This document shows positions 13,581-24,980 of a stretch of 45,483 bases of DNA, piece after piece (the first letter of the stretch is position 1; each line of letters opens with the position of its first letter). Source of the stretch: Elsinoe ampelina. Its lineage: Eukaryota. The notes under the pieces are model-generated. The model ran no database searches. It had not been told where the DNA came from and saw only the letters and a list, made by a program, of their open reading frames with translations. A program made the translations under genes and the position numbers. Location of the stretch: positions 62,849-108,331 of the forward strand of contig ML992511.1 in assembly GCA_010093995.1 (NCBI GenBank). Reading direction: 5' to 3'.

Positions 13581-14650
13581 TTTTTTGTCTTATTATAGAG
13601 GCAGTTAGAGTAGATATAGCTAGGTTACTTACACCTATAGTACTTTACCTCTAAGAGGTCGAGGTAATAGAGTATTAGAGTTATATTAACCCTAGACGCA
13701 GGGTCTTTAAATCTTCTTTTTTCCTTATTTTTGTTATTCTAGAATTTCTAGTTGTCTCCCTTTAGCTTATCTATAAAGTAGCGAGGGATACGTGTCGTCT
13801 TAGAGATAGCTTAGCTCCTAAATACACTCTTAATGTAAGTAAAGTAGGAGATAGCCTCGTCTTTACTCCTTAGAGAGTCTTAGAGCGCTATATAGCTCTA
13901 TTAATATATAGGCTTTACGCCGTTAACGAGGCAGCTTATAAACTAAGCCTTATCTATAGTAGTGTTACTAATTTCCTTAGCGTACTCTTCGAGGTATTAG
14001 GCAAACTTAGCGACCGATTAGTTTAACCTCTAAGCGCCGTTATAGAATAGTTAGGTATATTTTAGAGCTCGGTTACTCTTGTCTATAATACAATCTTTAA
14101 TCTATTCTTAAAAGTGGCTCTAGTTCTTAGCCTAAGGTTCTACGTTGTTAATATAGCTCTTCTATATCGTAGCGAGGGATCTATCTAAATAGCTAGCTAT
14201 AAACTAGGCTCGATCTCTACTAGTAAGATAGATATACTTATAGACCCTAAAGACGGCATAGTATAATTAGATAAACACCTTTACGTTAGCGAGGTGTATA
14301 TATCTCTTTAGTTTCTCTAGTACCTCTAGCTTTTATACTTTCTTAAGGTTAATCTAAAGGGAAAGTATCTCTAGAGAGATATCTAGATTAGAGGTTCCTC
14401 GAGAGATACTATCTTAGTATAACTAATTATTGTTGTCGGACTTCTCTCGCTGTTTCTACGTATCGATATAGATTCTCTTTTAAAGGAGTCTTTTACACTT
14501 AATTACGAGGGCCCTCTAGATCTCTATATACTCTCTATTCCGGCAGAGTTAAGCTAGCTCTTCTTAGGTAGCACGTAGCTCCTCCTTAGATATATTAGAG
14601 AGAATAGGTTCTAATTAGGTAGCTTCTACCGAGCTAGTAGATATAGCATC
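13577..14650 (-). pseudogene. gag: Gypsy-2 gag
   Basis: Lies between the 5' LTR and pol; AAAAAAC-TAG slippery/stop site at ~13577-13586. Start approximate. Confidence 0.7.
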
Positions 14651-14744
14651 TATAGCGGATAATCTATTAGTTCTTTATTAAGCTAACTACGTTAAGACTA
14701 TCGACCTAGGCTATCTTAACTATAGTTTTAGGAGGAATTTAAAT

Positions 14745-14955
14745 TGTAATAGAGTATCTAGATAGGGCAGGTATAATGTCTCTAAGATAGAGAAGCGATA
14801 GAGGAGAAGTATATACTATATAAATATAACGACAAATTCCTAACCTCTCTATAGGAGGTTAGGAACTACTACTATATATACTATGTAGGATCGTAGCTAG
14901 AATAACGTATCTCCGACGTCTGTCTACTAGTTGTAAGTTTATAGTTCCTGTTATA
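14745..14955 (-). repeat. Gypsy-2 5' LTR (211 bp)
   Basis: TGTAAT...GTTATA termini; matches 7034-7244. Confidence 0.95.
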
Positions 14956-15190
14956 ATTAACTATAACTAAAAGTAATACTCCCTAACCTAGATCTATTAA
15001 GTACAAATCTTGCTTAATAGGCCTCTAAAGAGAGTTAGCTTATCTATTATATAGTTAGATACTCTAGAGTTAAGTATCTACTAATAGTGTAGAAGCTTAC
15101 CTTAAACCTCTAATGTAGAACCTATAGTCTTAAGCTCTTTATTACTAGAAAGGACTTCTAGTAGTAGAGATAGAGATATTAATAGTAGAC
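14956..15190 (-). mobile_element. Copia-A fragment 2 (protease active site)
   Basis: Minus strand de-RIP WILDSGASNHMT (~15045-15081); continues across Gypsy-2 into IGTV in the 6558-7033 fragment. Confidence 0.88.
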
Positions 15191-15377
15191 TATTAAAGCC
15201 TTATATTAAAGCTATATATATTATAATATAGAGAACGCCTATCTAACTAAATAGTCTATTAGTAGTAGAACTAATTACTATTAAGTTTAAGGCGTAAGTA
15301 CTACGTAAGATAAGTAGATATATTACATAAGCGGGACTAGCCGCTACTAAGTGCCGCTCTAATACTAGGCTCTTATA
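15191..15377 (-). repeat. Gypsy-3 3' LTR (187 bp)
   Basis: Colinear with 21695-21881. Confidence 0.95.
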
Positions 15378-15791
15378 ATTGCCTCCTCCTCTAGGAGAGC
15401 TATCCTTAGCTTTTAACTAGAAGTATATAACGTATAGCGCCTTCTAGAGGTAATATAGACTTAAGGTAGTTAAGGCATTTATATAAATACCTCGTATGTG
15501 TCTTATATACTATTTAGTAATAGTAATCCTAGGGATCTAGTTCTTATAGGGGTATTTATCTAGTCGCTATAGCGCTAAAGCTAATTAGTAGCGACAATAT
15601 TACTTTTCTTAGAATTTCTAGTAGTATTATAGGAGATATACGCCTTACGCTAGTAGCTATAATAAAGATATAGTATACTAGAGGTTAGTCTATATAACTT
15701 TATTATTCCTTCTTACATTCTTCTTTTCTACCTAAAATATATCTATATTTTATTAATCTTTTACTATATAAGTGTACTACCTATAACTATT

Positions 15792-16587
15792 ATATTATTT
15801 AACTCTAGCCTCTCTATAGCTAACACTTATAGTATAAGGTTAGCTAGCGCCTAGAGAGCTATTACTACTAGCGCCGACCCTATAACTCTCTTACTTCCTA
15901 AAGAGGAGGCTAACACCTATACTAGGTACGCTAATAGCGTTACTAAGGGTAAGCTAATAGAGCTCTTATAAGAGATATAACTAATTCGTAGTAAGTTATA
16001 TCTATACTAGAGGTAACTTTAGTATCTTCTTCTATTATAAGTGTAAATACTACGCCTATAGTAAGTATATATATAAGCTACTTCTATCTATCCTACGTAA
16101 TATATACGTTAACGCCTTTAATATAGTTACTAAGCTTAAGGCCCCTAACTAGGCTAGTATTACTATAGCTAAGAAGTATATATACGCTATAGCCTATAAG
16201 AACGTCCCCGAGGTTAAGAAGTTTAAGACTATACTTAAGGTATACTACACTAATAAGAATAAGATTGTTAGCGAGGTCTTAACTCCTTATATAGGGCCCG
16301 TAGATAGCTTACTTAGTAGTGTTACGCTCGAGTATAAGAAGGTTAAGAAGCTATAGAAGATTAGGTATAGCCTTTATAGCTTAATTACTATCGGTAAGGA
16401 GGTAAGTTAGACTATACTCCTTATACGTTATAAATATAGCTAATAGGTTTAGATAGTACATAACTCTAGTAGTTCTACTACTAAAATTAACTATATTATA
16501 GCTAGTAGGTAGCTTATAGCCCCTATAGCACCCGTAGGGGAGAATCTTAGTATAGAGGTAAATAAGGAGAATAGTAAGAATAAGTAG
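15792..16587 (+). pseudogene. Gypsy-3 antisense accessory gene, ~233 aa, Cys cluster + helical region + acidic tail, two introns (15949-15991, 16402-16452)
   Basis: Introns GTAAGC..ACTAAT..GTAG (43 nt) and GTAAGT..GCTAAT..TTAG (51 nt). Splicing gives a continuous 234-codon frame. De-RIP C-T-R-C-x10-C-x12-C-E-Y-C-x6-C-E-P-L-P, later ELRKIRHSL..LIAIGKE. Confidence 0.75.
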
Positions 16588-16800
16588 GCGTATATAAGCT
16601 AGATACGTATCTCTAGCGCTATACCTATAATAAGGCCTTACGTAGAGTATAATAGAGTATAGAGTTTAGGTTAATACTCGTAATAGTAGCGTAAGTATAG
16701 TGCTTTATTAAAATGTATTTCCCTAGGTAAGGAGTCTACTCTTTACCCTATTTATGTGTTTATATAATCTATTTACTTATATGCTTTATAATTCGCATCT

Positions 16801-19800
16801 TTAGCGACCTTTCTTAGCTACTCTTAGCTACGACTTATATATAGAGATTAGCTCTCTTATATTTATATAATTCTCTTTAGGTTTCTAGCTATTAAACTTA
16901 ATAGGCTAGTCTTTCTACTTTACTAAGTAGAACACTTTACTCTTTATAGTTCTTCTACCTAGAATCTCCTCTACTATCTACTTATCTACTTCGTTAGCGA
17001 GAGATATACTCTCTTTTAGCTTCTTACTAGCTCTACCTATCTATAGTTTAAGAAGAGATATATAAAAGATATTATAGATACAATACTAACTTAGTAAAGC
17101 TAGGTAATATACCTATAATCTAATTGTGTTAAGTATATAGAATAGGCTAAGGAATTATAGTTCTATCTTCTTCTTTAGTATAGGTAGCTATAAGTTCTTA
17201 GCTAAGAGTAGTACTAAGTTACCTATGCTATATACTCTTAGCGTATACTTTCTATTATAGTACTTAGCCTAGTAGGTAGAAGCCTCTTTCTATTACTCTA
17301 CTAGCTTCGTATATATATCTTATAAGTGTTATACTAACTCTACTACTACTAGTACTCTTCTCTCTAAAGTCTCGTCTCGAGACTTAATAGCTATTACCTC
17401 TAACTCTAGATAGTAGCTGTACATTATTTAGAAGAGGCTTATATATAGCGTAGTATAAATGCTATTATTGCTTATAAATTCCACTTATAATAGATGTTTA
17501 GCCTAGTCGTTCTATAGCTCTATATAGTAGCACCTTAGGTACTATTCTAACGTCTAGTTTTACTACTTAGTTTAACTATCTATCTATAGGTAAAAGGCTA
17601 TACTAAGCCTACGCTTTATACGCGTTTCGTAATAGAATTTACTCTAGAACTAGCTAGTAAAGACCAATCCTTAATTACTTACTATCTCTCTTAGAACACT
17701 ATAATAGTAAATAACATAGTTACATAGGATCTCTACTAGCTCTATAGACATACACTTCTTAGTAGTAGAGATATATAGTAACATCTTAGTATAACAGTCT
17801 ATAATTACTAGTACTATATTATAGACGCTACTACCTTACTTACTTAGTAGTAGGTTAGTAATAAAATCTATTATAATTTCTTACTATAGGTAGTCTAGTA
17901 TTAGTAGCGTACGTAGCTCGCTATAGAGGTAATAGTAGCGCGCCTTATACTTCTAGCAAACTTAGTATAACTATACGTAGTTATTAATATCTTTTCTTAT
18001 AGTTAGCTAGAAGTATTTCTATAATAGAAGCTTAAGCGTCTTATCCTTACTAAAGTAACTAGCCTATTCGCCGTTATAGTATATATAGAGTACCTACCCC
18101 TTAATAGCACTATTATTCGAGATAACTAGCACGTTATAGTAGAATAGAAGGTTGTCTTATAGATTCTATAGCGTCTTACTCTTATCTCTACTACTCTCTA
18201 CTTATAAACGTAGCTTTATAATCTTAGAGTCTTATCTTTATAGTAGCTCTATAACTAATAATAGGTCGGCGGATAGATTCTTAAAGGGATTCTCCCTTAC
18301 TATTGCCGCAATAGTAACTTACTAGATCGTTATAAGACTCTAGGAGTTCTTAGAAGAAGTTTTGCCTTTATATAGTATATAGGCGGCCTAGGCCTATCCT
18401 AGGGCAGCCTCGTATATAGTATAAATATATCTAACTAGTAGAGTAGTTTCTTTAGAGTTAGTAGTCTAGTCCTAGACATAGAGCTTATTCTAAAGAGTTA
18501 GAAGAAGATAAGATACCTTCTACTCCTTAGTTACGTAGTTAGGGCGCCTTAAGGGTATATCGGCTAGATTTCTTATACTTAGCTAATACTCTATTATAAA
18601 GTTAAAAGCGGCAAGGAAGGTAGCCTAGTAAGCTTATTAGCTATTTAGCTATTTTAGCTTTATAAATCCTTAGAGATTGTTATAGTTAGTAAGTACTTAA
18701 ATTATATATAAGGTACCTTCGAGGTAGTGTTACTATTACTTAAATACATATATAATTACTAATAGCTCTTAGTTGTATATCTCGTAATTATACTTAGCTA
18801 GGATAAACTTTCTCGACTAAAAGGCTATAGAGTGCTAAGTACTATCGAATAGTTAGGACAGAATCGCTACTACTATAAACTTTAATATATTGCTTTTAAT
18901 ATATAGAGGTAGTGTAGAATTATAGTAGCGAAGGATAGAGGTATATATAAATACGTCTCTAATGTCCTTAAATGCCTACTATTCGCTTACGCTCTATATA
19001 AAAGAGCTATACTTACGACCTTTAACTAAGCCTTTAAGAAGGCTAAAGAGAGGAGTAATAATCTTAGAGTAATACTATATAAAGTAGTAGTAGAAATTTA
19101 TAAAGCTAGTAAACTACTAGACTTTATAATAACTCTTTAGCCTTAGCTAATTCTTAATTGTAGTTACTCTACTTAGATCTATTAAGACGCCTATAGTAAA
19201 GATAATATAGCTAAGGAATTCTACCTCCTTAGTAAAGAATTTACATTTCTTAAGGCTAGTATATAAAGTAAACTTCCGTAGCCTTACTAGAATCTTGCGT
19301 ATGTAACGTATATAGTTCTCCCTTAAGTTACTATAGATAAGAATATTATTAAGGTAAATAACATAGATAGTATTAACTAGTTCACCTAGCGCTTTATTAA
19401 TATACGCTTAGAAGGTAGCTAGGGCATTAGTTAATCTAAAAGGTATAACTAAATACTTAAAATAGCTATAGTATATATAGAATATAGTCTTCTACTCGTT
19501 ACTATACTTAATAGAGATTCGATAATAGACATTCTTTAGATCTAACTTTAAAAACTACTAGGCTTACCCGAGCTAATTAAGCATCTCGCTAATAAGTAGA
19601 AGCAAGTAGCGATTCTTAATAGTTACCTTGTTTAAGCCCTAATAATCTATATATAAGCGTAGACTACTATCTTTCTTAGGCACGAATAGGATAAAAGTAC
19701 TTACCTTGCTTGTAGAGTACCTAATTTACCTATTTAATTAAGTAGTCTCGAGATAGTTCTTAAGCACTTTAAGCTTCTTAACTAAAAGATTATATAAGGG

Positions 19801-21655
19801 CTAGAATAGAGGCCTTCTACCTAGCTCTAGCTTAATTATATACTCGGTACTTAGTAAGCATAGCAGATTTATAATATTCTTATAGACAAAGATATTAAAG
19901 AACTCTACGAACTCTAATAGTAGAGCTAGGTTACCTACGGCATAAGTATAGTCCTTAGACAGAGTCTATACTATAGCGTATATTCTTAGCTTATTTTAGA
20001 GATCCTTTATAAAGTCTTCTAGTTTATATAGGTAAACTATATATAAAGAGTAGCTATACGACTAGTTATCTATAGTGCTATTTATAATTATATATTGTCT
20101 TCTTCGCTATAGACGCTCTAAGATAACTAGAGGGCCTAGTCCTAAGTCTATAGCGTAGAAGAGGCTAATTGTCTCCCTAAGGTTACTATAGGAGTCTACT
20201 AGATATACGCGAAGCTAGTATACACCGTAGTAGAATCTAGCTTACTTTATAAAGAAAGATATACTTAGATACTAAGTATACTTAACCCTTAGTAAATTAT
20301 AACATAGAGTAAATGCCTAAGATATAAGATTAACTTCTATATAATTGTCTATAAGAAATATATAGTCTTTGCGCCCTATAGGCGCTATAATAGCGCTATA
20401 ATAGAGTAGCGATAGATAAGCGTTAATTAGAAGAGGGAAAGGGCTTAGTTACGCTCTTTAGCTAAGCTCTTAAAGTTTCCTAACTTAGAGTTATTAGACT
20501 TGTCTATAGTAGTAACCTTACGTATTGCCTAAGACTTACTATTCTTCTATAGGTGCTTCGACCTATACTCCGGCTTAATATAACTAGTTTTACTATAACT
20601 ATAGCACTTAGCGTCTCTCTTCTACTTGTTAGAGAAACTCCCCTAACTACTAAACTATTTAATAAGTAGGTTAGTAGCTTCGCGCTTATAGTAAGCTTAA
20701 GAGCCGCTACCGGACTAGTAGTAGTATCCTTCTTAGAGGCTACTATAACTACTACACTTACGTAGGTAGTTACTTTTATCTTCCTATATAGCGCGCTTAC
20801 TACTAGTATAGTCTATAGACTCGATATGTAAGTCTAAAGAGACTAACTCCTAGTACGTAGCTAAAATAGTATAGTGTTTAATAATAGTAGTACGTAGCGT
20901 AGGCTATAGCTTAGCAAGGAGATAGTGTATCTTCTACTCTTTAGAGTAGAGAGCTAGTTACTTCTCGAGGGTAGCGAGTTCTAAGGCAAAGGTCTAAATA
21001 GATTAGCCCTTATATTGTTAGGCTCTCTCGTATATAAGAGTTATATATACTCTATAATTAATAGAGTTATTAACTACGTCCTATACGAACTAGTAGAATT
21101 ACTCTTATATATAGCCTTCTAGGCTATCTACGTAGTAGCGGTAATACTATATCTTATCTAGCTTACCTACGAGAAATATAACTCTATAGAGCACCTTCTA
21201 CTAGTTAGTAGAATAAGCCTTAGGGGCTAGAGTAAAAATAACCTTAAGATTCTTTAGGAAGGATCTTACCTCTTTTAGAGTCTTACCCTAGTAGAGATAA
21301 AGTTCCCTTAGTTAAGGTTATCTAGAGAATAGTCTTATAAATAGTCCGCTACTACTATATATGCTCTACGTGCTAGTATTACTTACCGTAGGCTTAGTAA
21401 GAGTACGCGAGCTATAGTCAAAGCCTCCTTAGTAGTATTCTATATTACGTATATAGTATATTTACTTAATCTCTTTCTCGAGGCTTTAAGCTTTAAGCTT
21501 TAGCTCTAAATACTTACGCTTAGCGCGTAGGTATAGTAGCTACTCTATAAGAGTTTCTTCTTTCTCTAGAGAAGTCTACTTAATAGAGTCTATCTCTATA
21601 ACATTATTTACGCGAGGTATAGGCGCCTTACTAATAGAGTTCTAGTTATCTATAG
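16801..21655 (-). pseudogene. Gypsy-3 gag-pol
   Basis: Minus strand: VYLDDILIYS-like (~19330-19360), RNase H, integrase, chromodomain WIVEEILG..FYLVKWKDW..NSW.P (~16875-16981), stop at 16801. Start approximate. Confidence 0.9.
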
Positions 21656-21694
21656 AGTCTAATAGATTATAACTATAGGTAGAGTAATTAGAAC

Positions 21695-21881
21695 TATTAA
21701 AGCCTTATATTAAAGCTATATATATTATAATATAAAGAACACCTATTTAACTAAATAGTCCGTTAGTAGTAGAACTAATTACTATTAAGTTTAAGACGTA
21801 AGTACTACGTAAGATAAGTAAGTATATTATATAAGCGAGACTAGCCGCTACTAAGTGCCGCCCTAATACTAGGCCCTTATA
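21695..21881 (-). repeat. Gypsy-3 5' LTR (187 bp)
   Basis: Matches 15191-15377. Confidence 0.95.
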
Positions 21882-23476
21882 TAGACCTCCTTTAGTAGCT
21901 AGATAGGCTTTGCCTTTCCTCTTTAGCTTAGCTACTTTAAGAGAGTCTATTCTCCTAGTAAGCTACCTTATAAGTCTAATTAGTTTCTAATATTTAAGTA
22001 ACTATTTCCTTATAGAGCTACTTCTTTTAGTAACTCTATAGGATAGCTAGATATACTTCTTAGCTTATTAGAGATAAGGACACCTAGAAATAGTATGTCT
22101 AGGTTCCTTATATAAGATATATATATAGCTTAAGCTCTTACTAGTTCCTTATTATAGTCTGCCTCTTATAAATATTACTATGTCTAGCTTCTTCCTTTAA
22201 TTCTCTTTCTCTCTTAGAATACTTAGGATAGTTTTAATATCTAGCCTAGGCTAGATATCGATACTATCTCTAATAGATTACTAAGATTCTAGAAAAGCAC
22301 TAAGAAGTTACTATAGCTTAGTAATAGAGAGTTCTATCTACCTAGCTTTAAGTATAATATAGATAATTATCCTTACTAGCTAAGTTAGATATGCCTAGGC
22401 TTCTATAATAAAGGTCTTCTCTAATATAGTATAGTTAGAGAACTCCTTTATAAGCTACCTACCTATAGATATAAGCCTCTTAGTATATTTAGCCTTAAGT
22501 ATATTCTATACCTACCTTGCTCTTATCTTACCTTAGATAAGAAGGTTATTCTTATAGTTAATATAAAGCTTAATCTAGTATAGATAAAGGGCATTAGCCT
22601 TTCTAGTCTATAGTAAATGCTAGGACTAAGCAATTAGTATAGAGGTAGTTAAGGAGGATAGTGTATTTAATAAAGAAGCTATTAATAATAATAGTAAATT
22701 AAGATTAGCTATGTTATTATTAAGGATATAGGTAACTTCTTTTGTCTTAAGCTATAATTTTATTATACTAAACTAGTGCTTATAGTTTTTATAGCTAAGT
22801 TCGGCTATAGGCTTTCTAATTGATAATATATCTATAGCGGAGAATAAAAATTAAATAAATAGATAAAGGTTAGAATCCGGAGGTTAATAACCTTTAAGTT
22901 AATTCTTCTAGGTATTAAGATCTCTATACTAGTCTTAACTAGATAATTGTTAATAAGATTAATAGGTGCTTAATCTTAAGAGAGAAAATAGTAATAAAAC
23001 AAATGTTATTTAGTTGTTTATAGCTAATAAATAGCAGCTATTATACAATTACAGAAATGAATCTATAGTAGACATCTTAATACGTCCTACTTAATGCACT
23101 AAGTAACTAGTCTTTTACGCTTTATACTACCTCTACTAATCTGTCTAAGATTAAGATAATAGAAGAGAAATAGAGGAGAATACTAATAGAATCCGGCCTA
23201 ATTTTAATAACGTAGATACTTAACTACGGTATATATAATCCTATACTTGTGCTATAGCTCCGGGCTTATAACCTATTAAGTAGAAGGCACGTTTAGGAGT
23301 GGAATATTATATAGAACCAATTGTACACTAGTTAGGTAATAGACGAGTTAATTAATTAAAAGGAGTCTATCTACTAGAAGAAAGAATAGCTATAAATCCC
23401 TAGGCCTTAGCATTACATAACTTAAGGTTATATAACTTTATAGCCTAATTATCTAGAGAGAGCTATATTCTTAACA
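21882..23476 (-). mobile_element. Copia-A fragment 1: 5' LTR (23274-23476), PBS, leader and gag
   Basis: LTR TGTTAAG...CTTAATA on the minus strand, followed by GGTTATAAGCCC (fungal Copia PBS GGTTATGAGCCC after RIP). gag from ~22835 (ENYEHWF..MKLWL). Zinc knuckle CILCKEPGHTISRC at ~22080-22122. Confidence 0.88.
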
Positions 23477-23560
23477 GTTATTAGTACTAAAAATAACTAA
23501 TGCTAAAAGAAGGTTAGAAAACGTATTATTAGCTAATAAGAGTAGATATTAATTCTAGAG
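23477..23560 (+). mobile_element. Fot1/pogo transposon P1 (type A), internal fragment 1
   Basis: Aligns to the DDE-region sequence at 31472-31555 and to the reverse complement of 43085-43168. Confidence 0.85.
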
Positions 23561-23984
23561 TAATATTATATATCTACGAGTTATATATATCTACGAGTTA
23601 TATATATCTCTATATATCTAATATATAACTTTTATAACTATTCTACCTTCCTATATAATAAATATTATAATTCGAGCTATTCTATTATATATTCTAAAGC
23701 TAATATTAAGGCTACTCTCTAAGGCTATTAGAATAATACTTATATCTCTCTTTAAGCTACTACTAATACATTTTAAATTCTACTATCTATACTTCGAGAT
23801 AGATATTATAGCTAATAATTATATACTATATATAACCTACTAAAGTAATTACTATCTCTAGCTAAAGAATAGACACTTATAGTTTATATTCTTTAGCTCG
23901 ATAGCCTTAGTACCTCTATAATACTCTTCTTCGTCTATAAGCTTATTTATAAGATAATTTAACATCGGTTATAAGTAACTAATA

Positions 23985-24718
23985 ATGTAATTTACCTACG
24001 AGTAGTTCGTCTCTATAAGTAGTTTATAAAATTACTTTTTTTTTTACCTTTTTAGTAATATCTCTATAAAGCCTTAATATCTTAGCCTAATATTATTTAT
24101 AATGCTAGATACTCTATAGATCTATATATACTACTAATTTTATTATTATAGAAGCTTAATTACTACTAGTAATTAGATATTTAGTTTTCTAGATTCTAAT
24201 AATTTAAATTAGCTATATATTAGCTTTAAGAGGTTTATTATAAGAAATTTAAGAAATATTAAATAGCTACTATTATAATTTATATAGTGTTATATTATTC
24301 TAATCTTAAACTTATTTCTAATAAGAGATAAGCTTATTTTTAAAATAATTTTTTAAAAAATAGAAGTTTTTTAGTTTTTAAGCTAATTCTTAAACTAATC
24401 TACTAAAAGAGCTTAATACTACTACTATCTCTATTATATTAAACTATATAAAGTATATAATTTAAATTACTTCTTCTTTTTAAGTATTTATTAAGAAAAT
24501 TAGTTATAAATTTTAGAAATATTAAAACTTATATATTATTAGTACTACTAAGTATTTTAAAGTGTCTTTAATATGACTTATAGTTCTAATATCTTACTAG
24601 TTCTATACTAAATTTAAAGCTATATTAGTTATAGTTTATAGAGATATTACTAAAAAGGTAGAAAAAAGTAATTTTATAAACTATTTATAGAGATAAACTA
24701 CTTATAGGTAAATTATAT
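23985..24718. mobile_element. MITE copy 1 (734 bp, ~85-bp TIRs, TA TSD)
   Basis: ATGTAATTTACCTACGAG...CTTATAGGTAAATTATAT inverted ends; no recognisable coding content; three copies in the window. Confidence 0.9.
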
Positions 24719-24980
24719 TAATACATTAAAGAATAGCGTAATAGCCTTATAGGTTCTAGCTTTAAACTATAGCAATTCTAGCTACTATAACTAATATAGT
24801 TTAATCTCTAAATAACGTTTATAGAATTAATATATCTATGTCCTACTAATAGGATATATACGAGACAAGAGAAGTTTATTAATGTAATTTACCTACAAGT
24901 AGTTTATCTCTATAAGTAGTTTACAAAATTACTTTTTTTTACCTTTTTAGTAATATCTCTATAAACTATAACTAATATAG

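Larger units (their letters stand above)
7034..14955 (-). mobile_element. Complete Ty3/Gypsy chromovirus-type element 'Gypsy-2' (7922 bp), RIP-inactivated
   Basis: 211-bp LTRs at both ends, 5-bp TSD ATTAA (7029-7033 and 14956-14960), PPT at 7245-7259, gag/pol on the minus strand. Confidence 0.96.
15191..21881 (-). mobile_element. Complete Ty3/Gypsy chromovirus-type element 'Gypsy-3' (6691 bp), RIP-inactivated
   Basis: 187-bp LTRs (15191-15377, 21695-21881), 5-bp TSD TAGAC (15186-15190, 21882-21886), PPT at 15378-15392. Confidence 0.96.

Noticed and set aside
22913..23082. Possible solo LTR bounded by TATTAAGAT...ATCTTAATA
   Set aside because: Flanks CTAGG and CGTCC do not form a TSD and there is no second copy; more likely Copia-A leader sequence.
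23563..23610. Short direct repeats in pogo and MITE ends resembling an array or CRISPR
   Set aside because: These are internal repeats of TIRs, with no spacer structure, in a eukaryotic context.
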